The translations under genes were made by a program, and so were the position numbers. 64,000 nucleotides of DNA, from positions 25,382 through 89,381 of IMG/VR virus record IMGVR_UViG_3300008113_000084. The stretch is one strand, 5' to 3'. The DNA is from a virus. Of the stretch, positions 9,544 to 19,749 are shown in pieces. Below the pieces are notes generated by a model. The model was not told where the DNA came from. It did not search any database and worked only from the letters and a program-made list of their open reading frames with translations. Numbering within the stretch: the first letter of the stretch is position 1; every line of letters starts with the position of its first letter.

Positions 9544-10089
9544 TCACCCTGGTAGTTGCCAAGACAGCGTCTTCAATAACTGAGACAGAGGCTCGATTAT
9601 AAATCTTTCCTCAGAGCTGGGCATCTTTCGTGTAATCCAGATACCGTCTGCGTTAGCCAGGTACGACGGAGTGTACTGGTGAATGCAGCAGATACCAAAA
9701 GACGGCCACGTGAAGACGCAGCCCGTGCTGCGCTCCTCATCCTCTGGCTTGGAGTCGTGGACCTCCTCCCAAGCCTTGTAGCACGGAGTCATCGTGAAGC
9801 GCTTCAGCAGCGTACCGAAGACGTCGCGCTGCCATTCGACGCGCCTGGTGCCGAGCCAAATTGGAAAGCTCGGATACCGGTTGACGAACCAGCTCAAGTT
9901 GACGGCGTTGACGCCCGTGTCCTCACGGCACTCGGCGAGCATGCCTTTGAAAGTCTGCGAAGCGTCAGCAGCCTTGAGAATGGCTTTGACGATCTTCTCC
10001 TCGCTGGTAAACGCATGGCTGTCGTCAGTCTCGGCTCTGAAGAAGTCATCAGTCATCGAGCTTGACTCCGCCAGTTGCTGTTTCTTCAC
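9544..10089 (-). CDS. hypothetical protein
   Basis: 181-aa ORF. Confidence 0.65.
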   Translation of the reverse strand: MKKQQLAESSSMTDDFFRAETDDSHAFTSEEKIVKAILKAADASQTFKGMLAECREDTGVNAVNLSWFVNRYPSFPIWLGTRRVEWQRDVFGTLLKRFTMTPCYKAWEEVHDSKPEDEERSTGCVFTWPSFGICCIHQYTPSYLANADGIWITRKMPSSEERFIIEPLSQLLKTLSWQLPG

Positions 10090-10393
10090 AAACCTTATCT
10101 ATCAGCATGCGCATAACACTGCCTTCAAGAAACTGGTCAGCCCAAATCTTCTCAAGCTGATCGCGACTAAACCGCTTGGCTAGCAAAACCTTGAAACTGT
10201 AACCCGACCAGGCCATCACCACGTCAAATCCGTTAGAGCGCTGCATGGGCACTACTGCCAGAACGTAGGCCTTTTCAGACCCGCTGTCTGACGAGTAACG
10301 CAGCGTGCAGCTGATGTGCGTCGTCCTGTCTGTCGGGCTGTTAACGGGGAAGGCCTTGGAGATGCGGCGGTCGGCGCGATTGATCTTAGACAT
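10049..10393 (-). CDS. hypothetical protein
   Basis: 114-aa ORF with overlapping start/stop. Confidence 0.6.
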   Translation of the reverse strand: MSKINRADRRISKAFPVNSPTDRTTHISCTLRYSSDSGSEKAYVLAVVPMQRSNGFDVVMAWSGYSFKVLLAKRFSRDQLEKIWADQFLEGSVMRMLIDKVCEETATGGVKLDD

Positions 10394-10718
10394 GACTTAC
10401 TCCACTCTTCTTGTGACAGGCACATTCGCAACGACGGGCTTTGCCGTCTGCGTCCAAACCAAAAGTAAACGAGGACCCACCGCAGTACACGCAGCCAGCT
10501 GAGTGGTGGCGAAGCATGTACTCCAGACGCAGGACCTCAATTGACAGCTTTTCTACCTTGTCGTTAGCCTCGGCTAACTTGTGTTGTAGGTTTTCGTTTT
10601 CAAGCATTAGCAAATCCTTTGAGTCTTTTAGCTCTACCCAGCTTTTATTGCAAGCTGTGAACATTGTTTTGAAGGCAGACTCAGAAGCTTCCATTTTCGA
10701 TTTGCGGCAATCACTCAC
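10386..10718 (-). CDS. coiled-coil plus Cys-rich small protein
   Basis: Heptad region, then CVYC and CECACH. Confidence 0.65.
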   Translation of the reverse strand: MSDCRKSKMEASESAFKTMFTACNKSWVELKDSKDLLMLENENLQHKLAEANDKVEKLSIEVLRLEYMLRHHSAGCVYCGGSSFTFGLDADGKARRCECACHKKSGVSHV

Positions 10719-10969
10719 CGCTCCTTCTTAAACCAATACTTTCCACAACCGTTGCATCGGTCTAGACCACCAACGTCATCGTCTTCAAAGACGTCCTCTG
10801 TCCCGCAATAAGGACAGGTTCCGCCAAACTGAGCGCCGCTTTGCTCTGAAATAGCCTCTTGCTCAGAAATCGTTTTGCCGATGGCTTTTAGAATAGTGCT
10901 TAAGGCATTTACCTGCTCTTTTAAATTTTGGTTTTCTTGTTCTAATTGAGCTATACGTTCATCGGACAT
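10715..10969 (-). CDS. coiled-coil plus zinc-ribbon protein
   Basis: CPYC...CNGC; GGAG SD. Confidence 0.7.
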   Translation of the reverse strand: MSDERIAQLEQENQNLKEQVNALSTILKAIGKTISEQEAISEQSGAQFGGTCPYCGTEDVFEDDDVGGLDRCNGCGKYWFKKER

Positions 10970-11627
10970 GTTGTTACTCCGTGTTATTTAAACATGCATA
11001 GCTCTTTGAATAGCCTGTCAAAGTGTATCCTCTAGCTTTCTAGCCGTTACGGGCTTTCCCTCAGCTATTTCAAGAATAGCTTTTCTGATCGCTTCGACTT
11101 CCTCGCTGTACAGCGGATCGTCCGAAGACCGCTCTAAACCTTTGGCCAGGGCGATAAGGTCATGCCTGTCAGCCTCTGAGACTTTGGGTTTAAGCCAATC
11201 CGCCAGCCTAATGTTCATACGATGGACGTCATAAACAATAAGCGGTATGACGCCTAAGAAGCTTCCAACCTGCCTTCTCCAGAAGTTTGACGATCCGGTC
11301 GTGCCTATCCCAGTATTGCTGCCTGGGACCATAATAAACCCCTTCTTCCTTGTTGTCCTTGAGCAGGCTCAGGACGTGGGCCGCTTCCACCAAGGTAAAG
11401 GTTACCGTTATTTTCATGGCTTTCCTTAAAGCTGAGCGGCCAAAATTACCAAACAATCACGTAAGTGCTTTAGCCTCAACAGCTTGCTTGTTTAAACGCA
11501 AAGCGATAAACTGCTCGTGGGAATGGGGAACCCGTTCGGAGCAGGGGTGCAGCGCAAGCCACACCCCTGCTTTTATCCCTGTTACAAAACCTCGGTACTT
11601 ATTGACAAGTACATACTTTTTGTACGA

Positions 11628-11936
11628 CTAGACATTAAACCTGGCCTGGCAGTCCAGGCAGTCAAAGGTGTTCTCGTAAACTGTGCTTTCAGAGATGTGC
11701 TCAGAGCCGCACACCTTACAGGTACCGTCGTATGGCGGTGCTTCATCCTCGGTCAGGTCAATGTCTGGGTAGGCCAAGTAAGGCTCCTTAACAGATACCT
11801 CTGATATATCGACTGTCTCTCCAGCCTCGTTTTCCCATATGAGGTCGTCTCCTACGACAAACTGCTGAGACAGCCAGGATCGTGTATGTGGGTCGTAAAC
11901 CTGGCGCATATAGCCGTGTGTAATCTTGTGCAGCAT
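11628..11936 (-). CDS. zinc-ribbon hypothetical protein
   Basis: CKVC...CLDC. Confidence 0.65.
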   Translation of the reverse strand: MLHKITHGYMRQVYDPHTRSWLSQQFVVGDDLIWENEAGETVDISEVSVKEPYLAYPDIDLTEDEAPPYDGTCKVCGSEHISESTVYENTFDCLDCQARFNV

Positions 11937-11938
11937 TT

Positions 11939-12223
11939 TTACTTCCTAAAAGGATAAGCCCATCCAGTTCCCTCGTAGCGCATGTCGGCAATACCTCGCC
12001 TGTTTATGCGCCCTGGCTTGCGCATACGCATTCGCTGCCTAGCCTCTTCGCTTCTGACGCGTCTATAGTTTTCTTTGGTTTGCTGGACATCTTCGTCGTC
12101 TTCGGCCTCTTCCACCACTATTTTTTCTGCTGGAGTAGGCTCGTACTTTTTGATTACCTTCTCGTAAACTTTGGTATGCCACTTACCAATAATGAACAAA
12201 GTGTCGCTGTAGTCTGTTGGCAT
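11939..12223 (-). CDS. hypothetical protein
   Basis: 94-aa ORF with AGGAG SD. Confidence 0.65.
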   Translation of the reverse strand: MPTDYSDTLFIIGKWHTKVYEKVIKKYEPTPAEKIVVEEAEDDEDVQQTKENYRRVRSEEARQRMRMRKPGRINRRGIADMRYEGTGWAYPFRK

Positions 12224-12259
12224 GGCTTCTCCTGGTCAGAAAAACCAGAGGTGAATGAA

Positions 12260-12294
12260 GAAACGCTGTAACGCCAGAAGCGCTACAGCGTTTC
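12260..12294 (-). terminator. hairpin downstream of recA
   Basis: GAAACGCTGTA...TACAGCGTTTC inverted repeat. Confidence 0.6.
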
Positions 12295-12310
12295 AAGTCA
12301 GCCAGCGTTG

Positions 12311-13537
12311 TCAGTCCGCTGACTCTACGTCCAGGCCGCCGAGATATGAAGCATCCAGCTTGGCCTTGTCCACTTGTTCGCAGTAGGGCACGCCCAACTC
12401 AAACTTGCGGCGATTACGCACACCAAAGAACCGGTCCAAGCCCTTGACGATCTCGGGCTCTTCCATGATGGCCTTACCCAGCTCGTGCCAGGAGGTCTTC
12501 TTCAGGCCGAGAGTCGGACAGTCGGCGGTGCGCCTGCTCTTGTCCACGCTCTCGATGTTGATGATCTCGGAGATGCGGCGCTTGCGCGTCGCGTCAAACG
12601 AGGTAAGCAACTCGATGCTAGCGTCGTGCCAGTCCCAGATGGTCTGCTGCTCGCCATTCTCGTCGAAGCGCCAGGTCATGCGAACCTTGAGCTTCTCGTG
12701 GTTGGCTGGAGACAACGAGTTCTTCTCGGTGGCGATCTCGATGTAGCGACCGCTCTCGTTCAGAGTCTCAATGTCGTCCTTGCGCGAAAGGCGCAGCAGG
12801 AAGGTCGAGGCGAACTTGATGGCCGTGCCACCAGGAATCTTACGGTCGATGGCACCATTAGCAGCCCTGTGTTCCTTCAGGTGGTTCACACCGACGAACG
12901 ACACGGGCCAGCGTGCCATCTTGTTGCAAAACACCTTGAACCAAAGGTTGATAGACTTCGCGATCTGGGAGTAGCCTGGATCGGCGAAACCCTGCGACCA
13001 AGTCTTGTCCATCTCGTCCTGGGTTGTCACAGCGGTCAGCGAGTCAACGCCCAAAGCCACGGGGTAAGGCATGGCTCCTAGCTCGAAACGCTCCTCGGCC
13101 TTCTTGACCCAGTCCGTGCAGCTTTTCTGCCAGTCCTCGACAGAGTCGCTCTGGATGACAGGGTAGGGGCTGTACGGCCCAAGTTGAAGAATCGACTCGC
13201 GCAAGTCTGGGCTGTCGCGAGGCTCGACCAGGTTGTGGACGTAGCCGCCGTGCATCTCTGACGGGTCGTAGGCAACGAGGTCGGTGGTGTTGAAGATGTG
13301 CCACCGATAAATCTCAAACAGCAAAGCTGTCTTGCAGCTCTCGGACACGCCCACCAGCTCAGTCACGCGACTGTATGGGAACACGTCGTTGCTGAATATG
13401 TAACGGAGGCTGATGGCATTCAGCGGAAGGCCGATCACAATTTTGTCGAAGTTCTCCTTCTCTCGCTGTGCCAGCTGCGTGGCGAAAAAGTCATTGTTAT
13501 TGAACTGCTCAACTGCGGTCGTCTTACGCTTGGCCAT
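12311..13537 (-). CDS. recA: RecA/UvsX-like recombinase
   Basis: ELVGVSESCKT (Walker A variant), GVDSL, VNHLKE and PGGTAIKFAS; start trimmed to MAKRK (AGGAG SD). Confidence 0.85.
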   Translation of the reverse strand: MAKRKTTAVEQFNNNDFFATQLAQREKENFDKIVIGLPLNAISLRYIFSNDVFPYSRVTELVGVSESCKTALLFEIYRWHIFNTTDLVAYDPSEMHGGYVHNLVEPRDSPDLRESILQLGPYSPYPVIQSDSVEDWQKSCTDWVKKAEERFELGAMPYPVALGVDSLTAVTTQDEMDKTWSQGFADPGYSQIAKSINLWFKVFCNKMARWPVSFVGVNHLKEHRAANGAIDRKIPGGTAIKFASTFLLRLSRKDDIETLNESGRYIEIATEKNSLSPANHEKLKVRMTWRFDENGEQQTIWDWHDASIELLTSFDATRKRRISEIINIESVDKSRRTADCPTLGLKKTSWHELGKAIMEEPEIVKGLDRFFGVRNRRKFELGVPYCEQVDKAKLDASYLGGLDVESAD

Positions 13538-13567
13538 GTAACAACTCCTGAGGCAAAAGGGGGCAAG

Positions 13568-13601
13568 GAACACACGCAGGAATTTCTTCCTGCGTGTGTT
13601 C
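13568..13601. terminator. perfect 15-bp hairpin between the SSB-like gene and recA
   Basis: GAACACACGCAGGAA-TTTC-TTCCTGCGTGTGTTC. Confidence 0.6.
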
Positions 13602-13620
13602 TGTCAACAGTCAAAGGTGA

Positions 13621-14994
13621 TTAGTTGCCTGCGGGGCGGGGAACAGAACCGCCGCGCATGGCCTCTTGACGAGCGCGCATAACCAGGTTGAGCGCGTTGG
13701 ACATGTCGTCCTGGTTGGCCAGGGTCTCTCGGACTACGGGAGCACCTGTCGGTTGCACCCCTGGAAAACTAGTCCCAGGGGTATTTGTAGGGGGATCGAT
13801 GCTTTCGCTGCTCCTAGGTGCTGGAGCGCCAAAGCCCGAAGCCCTAGGTCGGGCAGGGGCCGGTTGGCTGGCCGCTGGAACGTGCTGCACAGGAGCCTGG
13901 GCAACGGGAGCTTGAACAACCGGTGCCACCTCGGGAGGACGAGTGCGCCCAAGGCGAATATTGCCCTCGCGGCGGATGGTCGGATCGAGCACGTCGCCGT
14001 AGACGTCGTCCAGAGCGTAGACCAGCAGGTCAGGATAGGGTCGGAACACCTGCTCCAGGTATTTGACCTGCTCCTCGTTGCTGGGGAAGTAAACGGCATC
14101 CTCCCAGTTCTTGACGTGAGCACGGACGATGTCTTCGTACTCAGCCAGATTGGAACCAATACCGTTCCAATCTTTGGTGAGGAAGGCGTCGTAGCCGATA
14201 ACTTCACGACCGGAGCGGCTTTCTCGGGACTGGCCGAAGCCTCCAAGATGCTGCTGCGCGTTGCGGGGGTCCTTGCCCTTCGGGAACAGTACGACAAAGC
14301 AACCGTCATTCAAAGCGATGGGGTCGCCGTGAAGATAGTGGCCAGCGATGTTCTCGGGATCGCCACGGAACTCTGGGTTGCGCTGATCCATGGCCGACTT
14401 GATGGCCTGGACAGCGCTAACCGGAAGCAGCATGAACACAGTCTCGTCGTCGGCACCGCCGCCGCGAGGAGGGTTGTAGGTGTTGCCCTTGTGCTCAAGG
14501 AGCGCCACCTGGACCAGCCAGCACTCCTTGGCCTCAGCCAACTCAGCGCCGCGTCCCTGCCCGCCCTGCATCATCGATATCCAGTTGACGGAGAAGGGCT
14601 GCTTCTGGGCCAGCGCCGACTTGACTGCCGTGCGCATGAGTACCAAGGGGTTCCTGCTCATGTCGTATCGGTTGTCGAGAGGGTGGCACAGCGCCCACGC
14701 CCTGCCCATGCCGGAAGCCTGGCAGCTGACATTGGCCGTGACGATGGGAAAGAACCACTGACCGTAGTTGTCAGCGCGAGTGTCGAAGCGCCAGGGATCG
14801 AACTCGACAGGGTTGTCGGGGTTTAGACCTGGGTAGATGCGAAAGACGTTGGGCTTCCCGCTGAAGTCTGGACGCCACAACTCGCCATAGCCGCGCTTCA
14901 GAATCATCGTCTGAAACGGGCGATCCGAGGTGTTGAGAGCGCTCAGGGTTGCGGAAACGCGACGGGAACGAGACATACCATCATTCGTAGACAT
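13621..14994 (-). CDS. probable single-stranded DNA-binding protein
   Basis: Lies between recA and dcd/polA; NVFRIYPG motif and low-complexity P/A/Q-rich tail; call is mainly positional. Confidence 0.45.
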   Translation of the reverse strand: MSTNDGMSRSRRVSATLSALNTSDRPFQTMILKRGYGELWRPDFSGKPNVFRIYPGLNPDNPVEFDPWRFDTRADNYGQWFFPIVTANVSCQASGMGRAWALCHPLDNRYDMSRNPLVLMRTAVKSALAQKQPFSVNWISMMQGGQGRGAELAEAKECWLVQVALLEHKGNTYNPPRGGGADDETVFMLLPVSAVQAIKSAMDQRNPEFRGDPENIAGHYLHGDPIALNDGCFVVLFPKGKDPRNAQQHLGGFGQSRESRSGREVIGYDAFLTKDWNGIGSNLAEYEDIVRAHVKNWEDAVYFPSNEEQVKYLEQVFRPYPDLLVYALDDVYGDVLDPTIRREGNIRLGRTRPPEVAPVVQAPVAQAPVQHVPAASQPAPARPRASGFGAPAPRSSESIDPPTNTPGTSFPGVQPTGAPVVRETLANQDDMSNALNLVMRARQEAMRGGSVPRPAGN

Positions 14995-15004
14995 GCTATA
15001 CCTT

Positions 15005-15526
15005 TCAAGAAAAATCTTTATACAGGCAGCTGGGCATGACGCCCTTTTGCCCTGAATACTTACCAGAGTATGGAACAATCTTTCCGTACGGTGTCTCGTA
15101 AGAAATCTGACAGACACACGTACCGGCGTACACCTTCAAAGGATGCACAACAGTAATTTCCAAAGTCCACTTGCCTTTGAAGCCCACGTCGCCGAAACCG
15201 GCTGTAACGTGAACCTGCATACCAAGCCGACCAACGGAACTGCGCCCCTCTATGTGAGGAACGTGATGAGGGGTCTCGGTGTACTCCTCAGTCTCACCCA
15301 AGTATAGGACTCCTGGGTTAAGGTATAAACCCTCTTCGGGTATTTTTATCTCCTGGACCGGATTGTCTCTGCGCATGTCCAAAATAGCGCTTTTGTAAAC
15401 AAGCAGCCTTTTGCCAAGGCGCAGGTTGTAACTGTTTGGGTTCACCTGCTCCAGCTTAAACGGCTCGATCACAATTCTTTTTTGGGCAATCTCTTCGACA
15501 ATAGCCGATCCAGTGAGAATTGACAT
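15005..15526 (-). CDS. dcd: dCTP deaminase
   Basis: NPNSYNLRLG, EGRSSVGRLG, AGFGDVGFKG-WTLEI and YSGKYSGQ. Confidence 0.93.
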   Translation of the reverse strand: MSILTGSAIVEEIAQKRIVIEPFKLEQVNPNSYNLRLGKRLLVYKSAILDMRRDNPVQEIKIPEEGLYLNPGVLYLGETEEYTETPHHVPHIEGRSSVGRLGMQVHVTAGFGDVGFKGKWTLEITVVHPLKVYAGTCVCQISYETPYGKIVPYSGKYSGQKGVMPSCLYKDFS

Positions 15527-18500
15527 TTACACTCCGTAGCTTTCACTGATGCCCATCTGCTGACACTCCTCCTTGGTAACAGGAACCGACCATTTGCGGA
15601 AGATGTCGGGAGGAGGAACCTGCAAATGAAAAGGTCCAGCTTGAGTGTATCTCGTGCCATCCAAGTGACAAGGGTAAACCTCGACTCTTTTACTCATGCA
15701 CGTTGGAATGACGTCGGTTATCACCCAATCGACGCAGTGATATGGGACTTCCAGAACCACGGCATCATGCACCTGTAGGACGATGTCGTACCACAGGTCT
15801 GGGTTTTCCTGCTCATACCTGTACCAGTACAGGTGGTCCAGGGCGCGGGACATGGCGTCTGCCACAGCGCTCTGGATGGGGAAGTTCATCGCTTGCCTCT
15901 GCTGCTCGCTGACAACGTCCCTTTCTCGCGTGGGGACGAATCGACGATATCGGCCAAAGCAGTTGACGATGTAGCCAGGGTTCTGGCTCATCTCCCTACA
16001 GCTGTGGAAATAGTGAGGCAAAGCTTCATACATAGCCACCAGCCCGTCGATGAGGCGCTGGGCCTGCTCGACGCTGACGTCTGCACCTTCTTGCTTGGCT
16101 TTGCGTGAGGTTGCTTCAGCTTGCTGGCCGTAAGCGTAGCCGAATACCACAGCCTTGGCCGCAGTACGCAGTGCCGCCTTGCCGATGCTAGCCAAGCCTT
16201 TCTTGGTGGCTGGGCAAGCCAGACCGAAAGCAGACACGGCCACATTGCTGTGGATGTCGTAGTACTCTGGATCGGACTCGTCCAAACCAGAGCGACGTAC
16301 ATGGTCGATCATGTTCTTGTCGCCAGACTGCCACGCCATGATAGCCAGCTCAGCACCTGTGTAGTCGGCATCGACGAACACATGGCCAGGTCTGGCCTCG
16401 ACAATGGAGCGCAGGGGAAACTTGTACCGAAGGCCAGTCTCGTCGCCGTGTCGTTTGAAGACCGCCTTGTACTTCTCCTCAGCCGTCTTTCCCAGATTCT
16501 GCAACGGAGGACGAGCGCTGGAGGCTCGCCCCGTCTCCTTGGTCTGGAAGAACTGGCTGCGCACCCTGCCGTCGATATGGACATACGACAGCAGGCCTGA
16601 CTCGTATTCAATGCGCCCGTCCTCGTCCCTGACTGCCTCGCCCTCCTCAACGCCCTTGCCTGGCCTGAGCACGTACTTGGTCAGCTGGGCAACATAGCGA
16701 ATATCCCGCAGCAGGGCCACGCACTCGTGCTGATCGGCCATGATCTGCAAGACTTCCTTGTCGGTGGAGACTTGATTCTCGGCCTCCTGGCCCTTCTGCA
16801 TGATCTCGCGCCACAGTTTGGGGCGCTTGCCCGTGGACTTGTAGGGAGTCAGCTCCAGGGAAAGCGCACCCTCGGGTCGGACACGCCTAGGGCCGAAGGT
16901 CTCCTTGTCGAATATGCCGTTGTACTTGACGCCGAAAAGCATCTCGCGGCAGTGCGACACGCTGTTGGGATTGAAATCAGGCCAGTTCAGTTTTCTGCGC
17001 AGAATTTCCAGAAGACTGTCCCTGGTGCGGACATAATGCTCGGTCAGCTCCTCGGCGGAATCCAGGTTGATCTTCAGGCCGGTCATGTGCATCTCGCCGA
17101 AAGCGAGGGCGGCGCGAGCAGACACCCAGAAGGGAATACGACAGTTGTTGCCGTAGGCGTCGCGGTCCAGCAGGCCAGGGCTGTCGCCCACGCCGTTGTA
17201 GACATCGAAGAGCCGTCGCGTCGTGTCGGCGTCGTAATTGCCGTACGGCACGATGATCTCGTCTGGGCAGTCGCCGTAGCCCTCCAAGCCGTCCGAGTCC
17301 AGCTTGTTCTCCTCGCAGTAACGCTTCTTCCATTTCTGTAGTTCAACGTCGTAGCGAGGAACACCGACGAGGCGAGTGCCCAAGACCTCCAGCTTGAAGT
17401 CGCCCGTCTCGTTGACCGAGTGGGCCGCAAGCAGGGTGTCAAAGCCGCCTTGTGTCTTTGTCTTCTGGTAACCGAAGAGCTTGGTGGTCCCGTCAGCCTC
17501 ATAGTCGTCAATCGGAGCGCAATACTCCTCGCGGATATCCAGACCCACGCTCATCAGCCACGGCATGTCGGCGTTGAGGTAATGGCCGACAACACGGACT
17601 GGACGCTCAGGCGTGGACTTGAGTATTTTGCGCAGTTCTTGCACAGCGGCTGGGATGCCGCCCGCTATAGGCTCCTTTCCGCCCTGGGTGTGCATGATGA
17701 CAGCAGCTGCCTTGCCTGGCTTCCAGCTGATCTGGATGGTGCGAACGTAGGAGTTCTTCTCGCCAGGAAAAGCGCCATTCCACTCAGCGTCTATGGCTAT
17801 GACGTCGTTTGTCTTATCGCTAAGAATTTCTTCACGCAGGTCTGCCAGCTCCTCCACGGAACGTATAGTCCTGTGGTCGATCTGGTCAACGACTACGCTG
17901 CTGCCGTTAACGCACCTGGCCAGGTACTCTACAGAACATTTGATCTCGTCGAACTTCTCGGGCTTCTTGACGGCGATACTGGGACTGATCGAGGTTATGG
18001 CGTTGGCCTCGACAATTTCTCCATCTATGGCCGTGTACGTGTACTTGAGCACGCGTCCTTGGGTGTTGCTGATAGTGTGGCCTCTGCCGAGCACGGCGGA
18101 GATGGCTTCTGACCCAAGCAGAAGAATGTGCTTGGGTTTGACGATGCGTATCTCCTGGTGCAGAATAGGCAGGCAGTTCTTCATCCAGCATGCCTTGAAG
18201 TTGGTGCTTCTGGGGTCTGGGTGATCGTGCTTGATCACGGGAGTAGCGTAGACAGGCACGGTGTTGTCCAGACCAGCGCCCATGAAGCACCTGTCCAGAA
18301 TGTCATGAACGCTGCCTGTGATGGGCCTGCCCTCACGAATGTCGGTCTTCGTGGCATGCTTGTAGATCATCATGATGTCGCAAGGCTGCGGCCCCATGAC
18401 AACATCGGCGTCCCAAATGCCACCGATCAAAAACGGCAGAGTATGCATTCGGGCCATGTAGGCGACGGGCATGGCGAACATATCATCGTACATCGCTCTG

Positions 18501-18724
18501 TAGTAGAGCTGCTGCAACTCAAACTCTTTGGTCTTGTAGAGAATTCCTTTGTTCTCAAGCAGACTGGAATAATTGTCGAAGTCAGGTCCTGGTCCTGGCA
18601 TCTCGTCCGAATCGATAGGCAGCATTGGAAAGAGTGAACCTAGACCCGCCTCTCCGTTCTCCTCTCCGCGCAGCATGTGCAAGAACTTGATCTCGGAATA
18701 AACACTTCTGAACAGGTGACTCAT
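15527..18724 (-). CDS. polA: family A DNA polymerase with N-terminal UDG-like domain and 3'-5' exonuclease
   Basis: UDG-like CLPILHQEIRIVKPKHILLLGSEA; exo DAE/YGNYDAD; TGRASS, DYTGAEL (motif A), RTAAKAVVFGYAYG (B), QVHD (C). Confidence 0.95.
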   Translation of the reverse strand: MSHLFRSVYSEIKFLHMLRGEENGEAGLGSLFPMLPIDSDEMPGPGPDFDNYSSLLENKGILYKTKEFELQQLYYRAMYDDMFAMPVAYMARMHTLPFLIGGIWDADVVMGPQPCDIMMIYKHATKTDIREGRPITGSVHDILDRCFMGAGLDNTVPVYATPVIKHDHPDPRSTNFKACWMKNCLPILHQEIRIVKPKHILLLGSEAISAVLGRGHTISNTQGRVLKYTYTAIDGEIVEANAITSISPSIAVKKPEKFDEIKCSVEYLARCVNGSSVVVDQIDHRTIRSVEELADLREEILSDKTNDVIAIDAEWNGAFPGEKNSYVRTIQISWKPGKAAAVIMHTQGGKEPIAGGIPAAVQELRKILKSTPERPVRVVGHYLNADMPWLMSVGLDIREEYCAPIDDYEADGTTKLFGYQKTKTQGGFDTLLAAHSVNETGDFKLEVLGTRLVGVPRYDVELQKWKKRYCEENKLDSDGLEGYGDCPDEIIVPYGNYDADTTRRLFDVYNGVGDSPGLLDRDAYGNNCRIPFWVSARAALAFGEMHMTGLKINLDSAEELTEHYVRTRDSLLEILRRKLNWPDFNPNSVSHCREMLFGVKYNGIFDKETFGPRRVRPEGALSLELTPYKSTGKRPKLWREIMQKGQEAENQVSTDKEVLQIMADQHECVALLRDIRYVAQLTKYVLRPGKGVEEGEAVRDEDGRIEYESGLLSYVHIDGRVRSQFFQTKETGRASSARPPLQNLGKTAEEKYKAVFKRHGDETGLRYKFPLRSIVEARPGHVFVDADYTGAELAIMAWQSGDKNMIDHVRRSGLDESDPEYYDIHSNVAVSAFGLACPATKKGLASIGKAALRTAAKAVVFGYAYGQQAEATSRKAKQEGADVSVEQAQRLIDGLVAMYEALPHYFHSCREMSQNPGYIVNCFGRYRRFVPTRERDVVSEQQRQAMNFPIQSAVADAMSRALDHLYWYRYEQENPDLWYDIVLQVHDAVVLEVPYHCVDWVITDVIPTCMSKRVEVYPCHLDGTRYTQAGPFHLQVPPPDIFRKWSVPVTKEECQQMGISESYGV

Positions 18725-19740
18725 GCCAAACCCCTTTTCTCAATCTCGTGATTGATGAGGCCCCAGCACTCCTCCCTGGTCATGCTTCCTGGGTCCTTGG
18801 CCGTACTGACCACGGGAAAAACCCTTCGACCCAGGTACGGGTACAGCGCCGACGCGAAGCCGACAGACTTGTCGGAAGCGTCGGCATCGAGAAAGATGGC
18901 GACGGGCTTGTCAGCAAAGCCTTCCTGAATCAGCTTTTTCTGGTTGTCGGTCATGTCCGACCCCAGCAATGCCACAGCTTCAGGACCTACTCGCCAAACG
19001 TCAGCTGCGCCCTCGACCACAACGCAGATATTTCTGGTCTTGGCCAGGTCGTAGTTGTAGAGCATGTCTTTCTTGGACATGCCCCTAAGGTTGAAATACT
19101 TCTGTACGTTGCTCTCCTTCCAGTTGGGATCGCCAATATAGCGACCCTGCCAGCCCACAAGCATTCCCTTGAAGGCTATAGGTATGAAAATGCGATTGGT
19201 CAGCGGATAATAGGTGCGGTCAAAGACGCTCTCACAGTAACCTACTCCGAAATTCGACTCAAGCTCGTAGGGGTCGTAGCCCCTGCCTTGCAGATAGGTT
19301 ATCGCGTGGTGCTCTGGCGGCAGCTCCGAGAAAAGCCTTATGACACCTGGAAGAGGTTTTTCTTCCAGGGGTTTAGACGGGTCTATCTCAGAACCTTGCG
19401 TGACTTGCAACACAACATGACGCTGGCCGTTGAAGATAATGTTGTACAGCTCCTTGCGGTTCTCCGATCCGAAGATACCGTCAAGGCAGCGAGTTTCGTT
19501 GTAGCAGACTGCCAACCATCGATGCTCGGCAAACCTGTGATTAACCCACAGTCGCTGTTTCCTGTCTCCACAGAAGGGACAGTTGACGCGATAGTATTCG
19601 CCAGGGGACAAAACCTCGGTAACAACCCTGTAGCCGATTAGCCTGTCGCGCATCTGTAGCGACATGCCTTGGTTGGCGATCTTGACTACACCGAATTTCT
19701 CCTCAAGTCTTGCATACAGCTCTCGACATAGTACTCGCAT
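18721..19740 (-). CDS. DNA primase (Zn finger plus TOPRIM)
   Basis: NCPFCGD, GWQGR, VVEGAADV and FLDAD. Confidence 0.88.
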   Translation of the reverse strand: MRVLCRELYARLEEKFGVVKIANQGMSLQMRDRLIGYRVVTEVLSPGEYYRVNCPFCGDRKQRLWVNHRFAEHRWLAVCYNETRCLDGIFGSENRKELYNIIFNGQRHVVLQVTQGSEIDPSKPLEEKPLPGVIRLFSELPPEHHAITYLQGRGYDPYELESNFGVGYCESVFDRTYYPLTNRIFIPIAFKGMLVGWQGRYIGDPNWKESNVQKYFNLRGMSKKDMLYNYDLAKTRNICVVVEGAADVWRVGPEAVALLGSDMTDNQKKLIQEGFADKPVAIFLDADASDKSVGFASALYPYLGRRVFPVVSTAKDPGSMTREECWGLINHEIEKRGLA

Positions 19741-19749
19741 GGTTCACTC

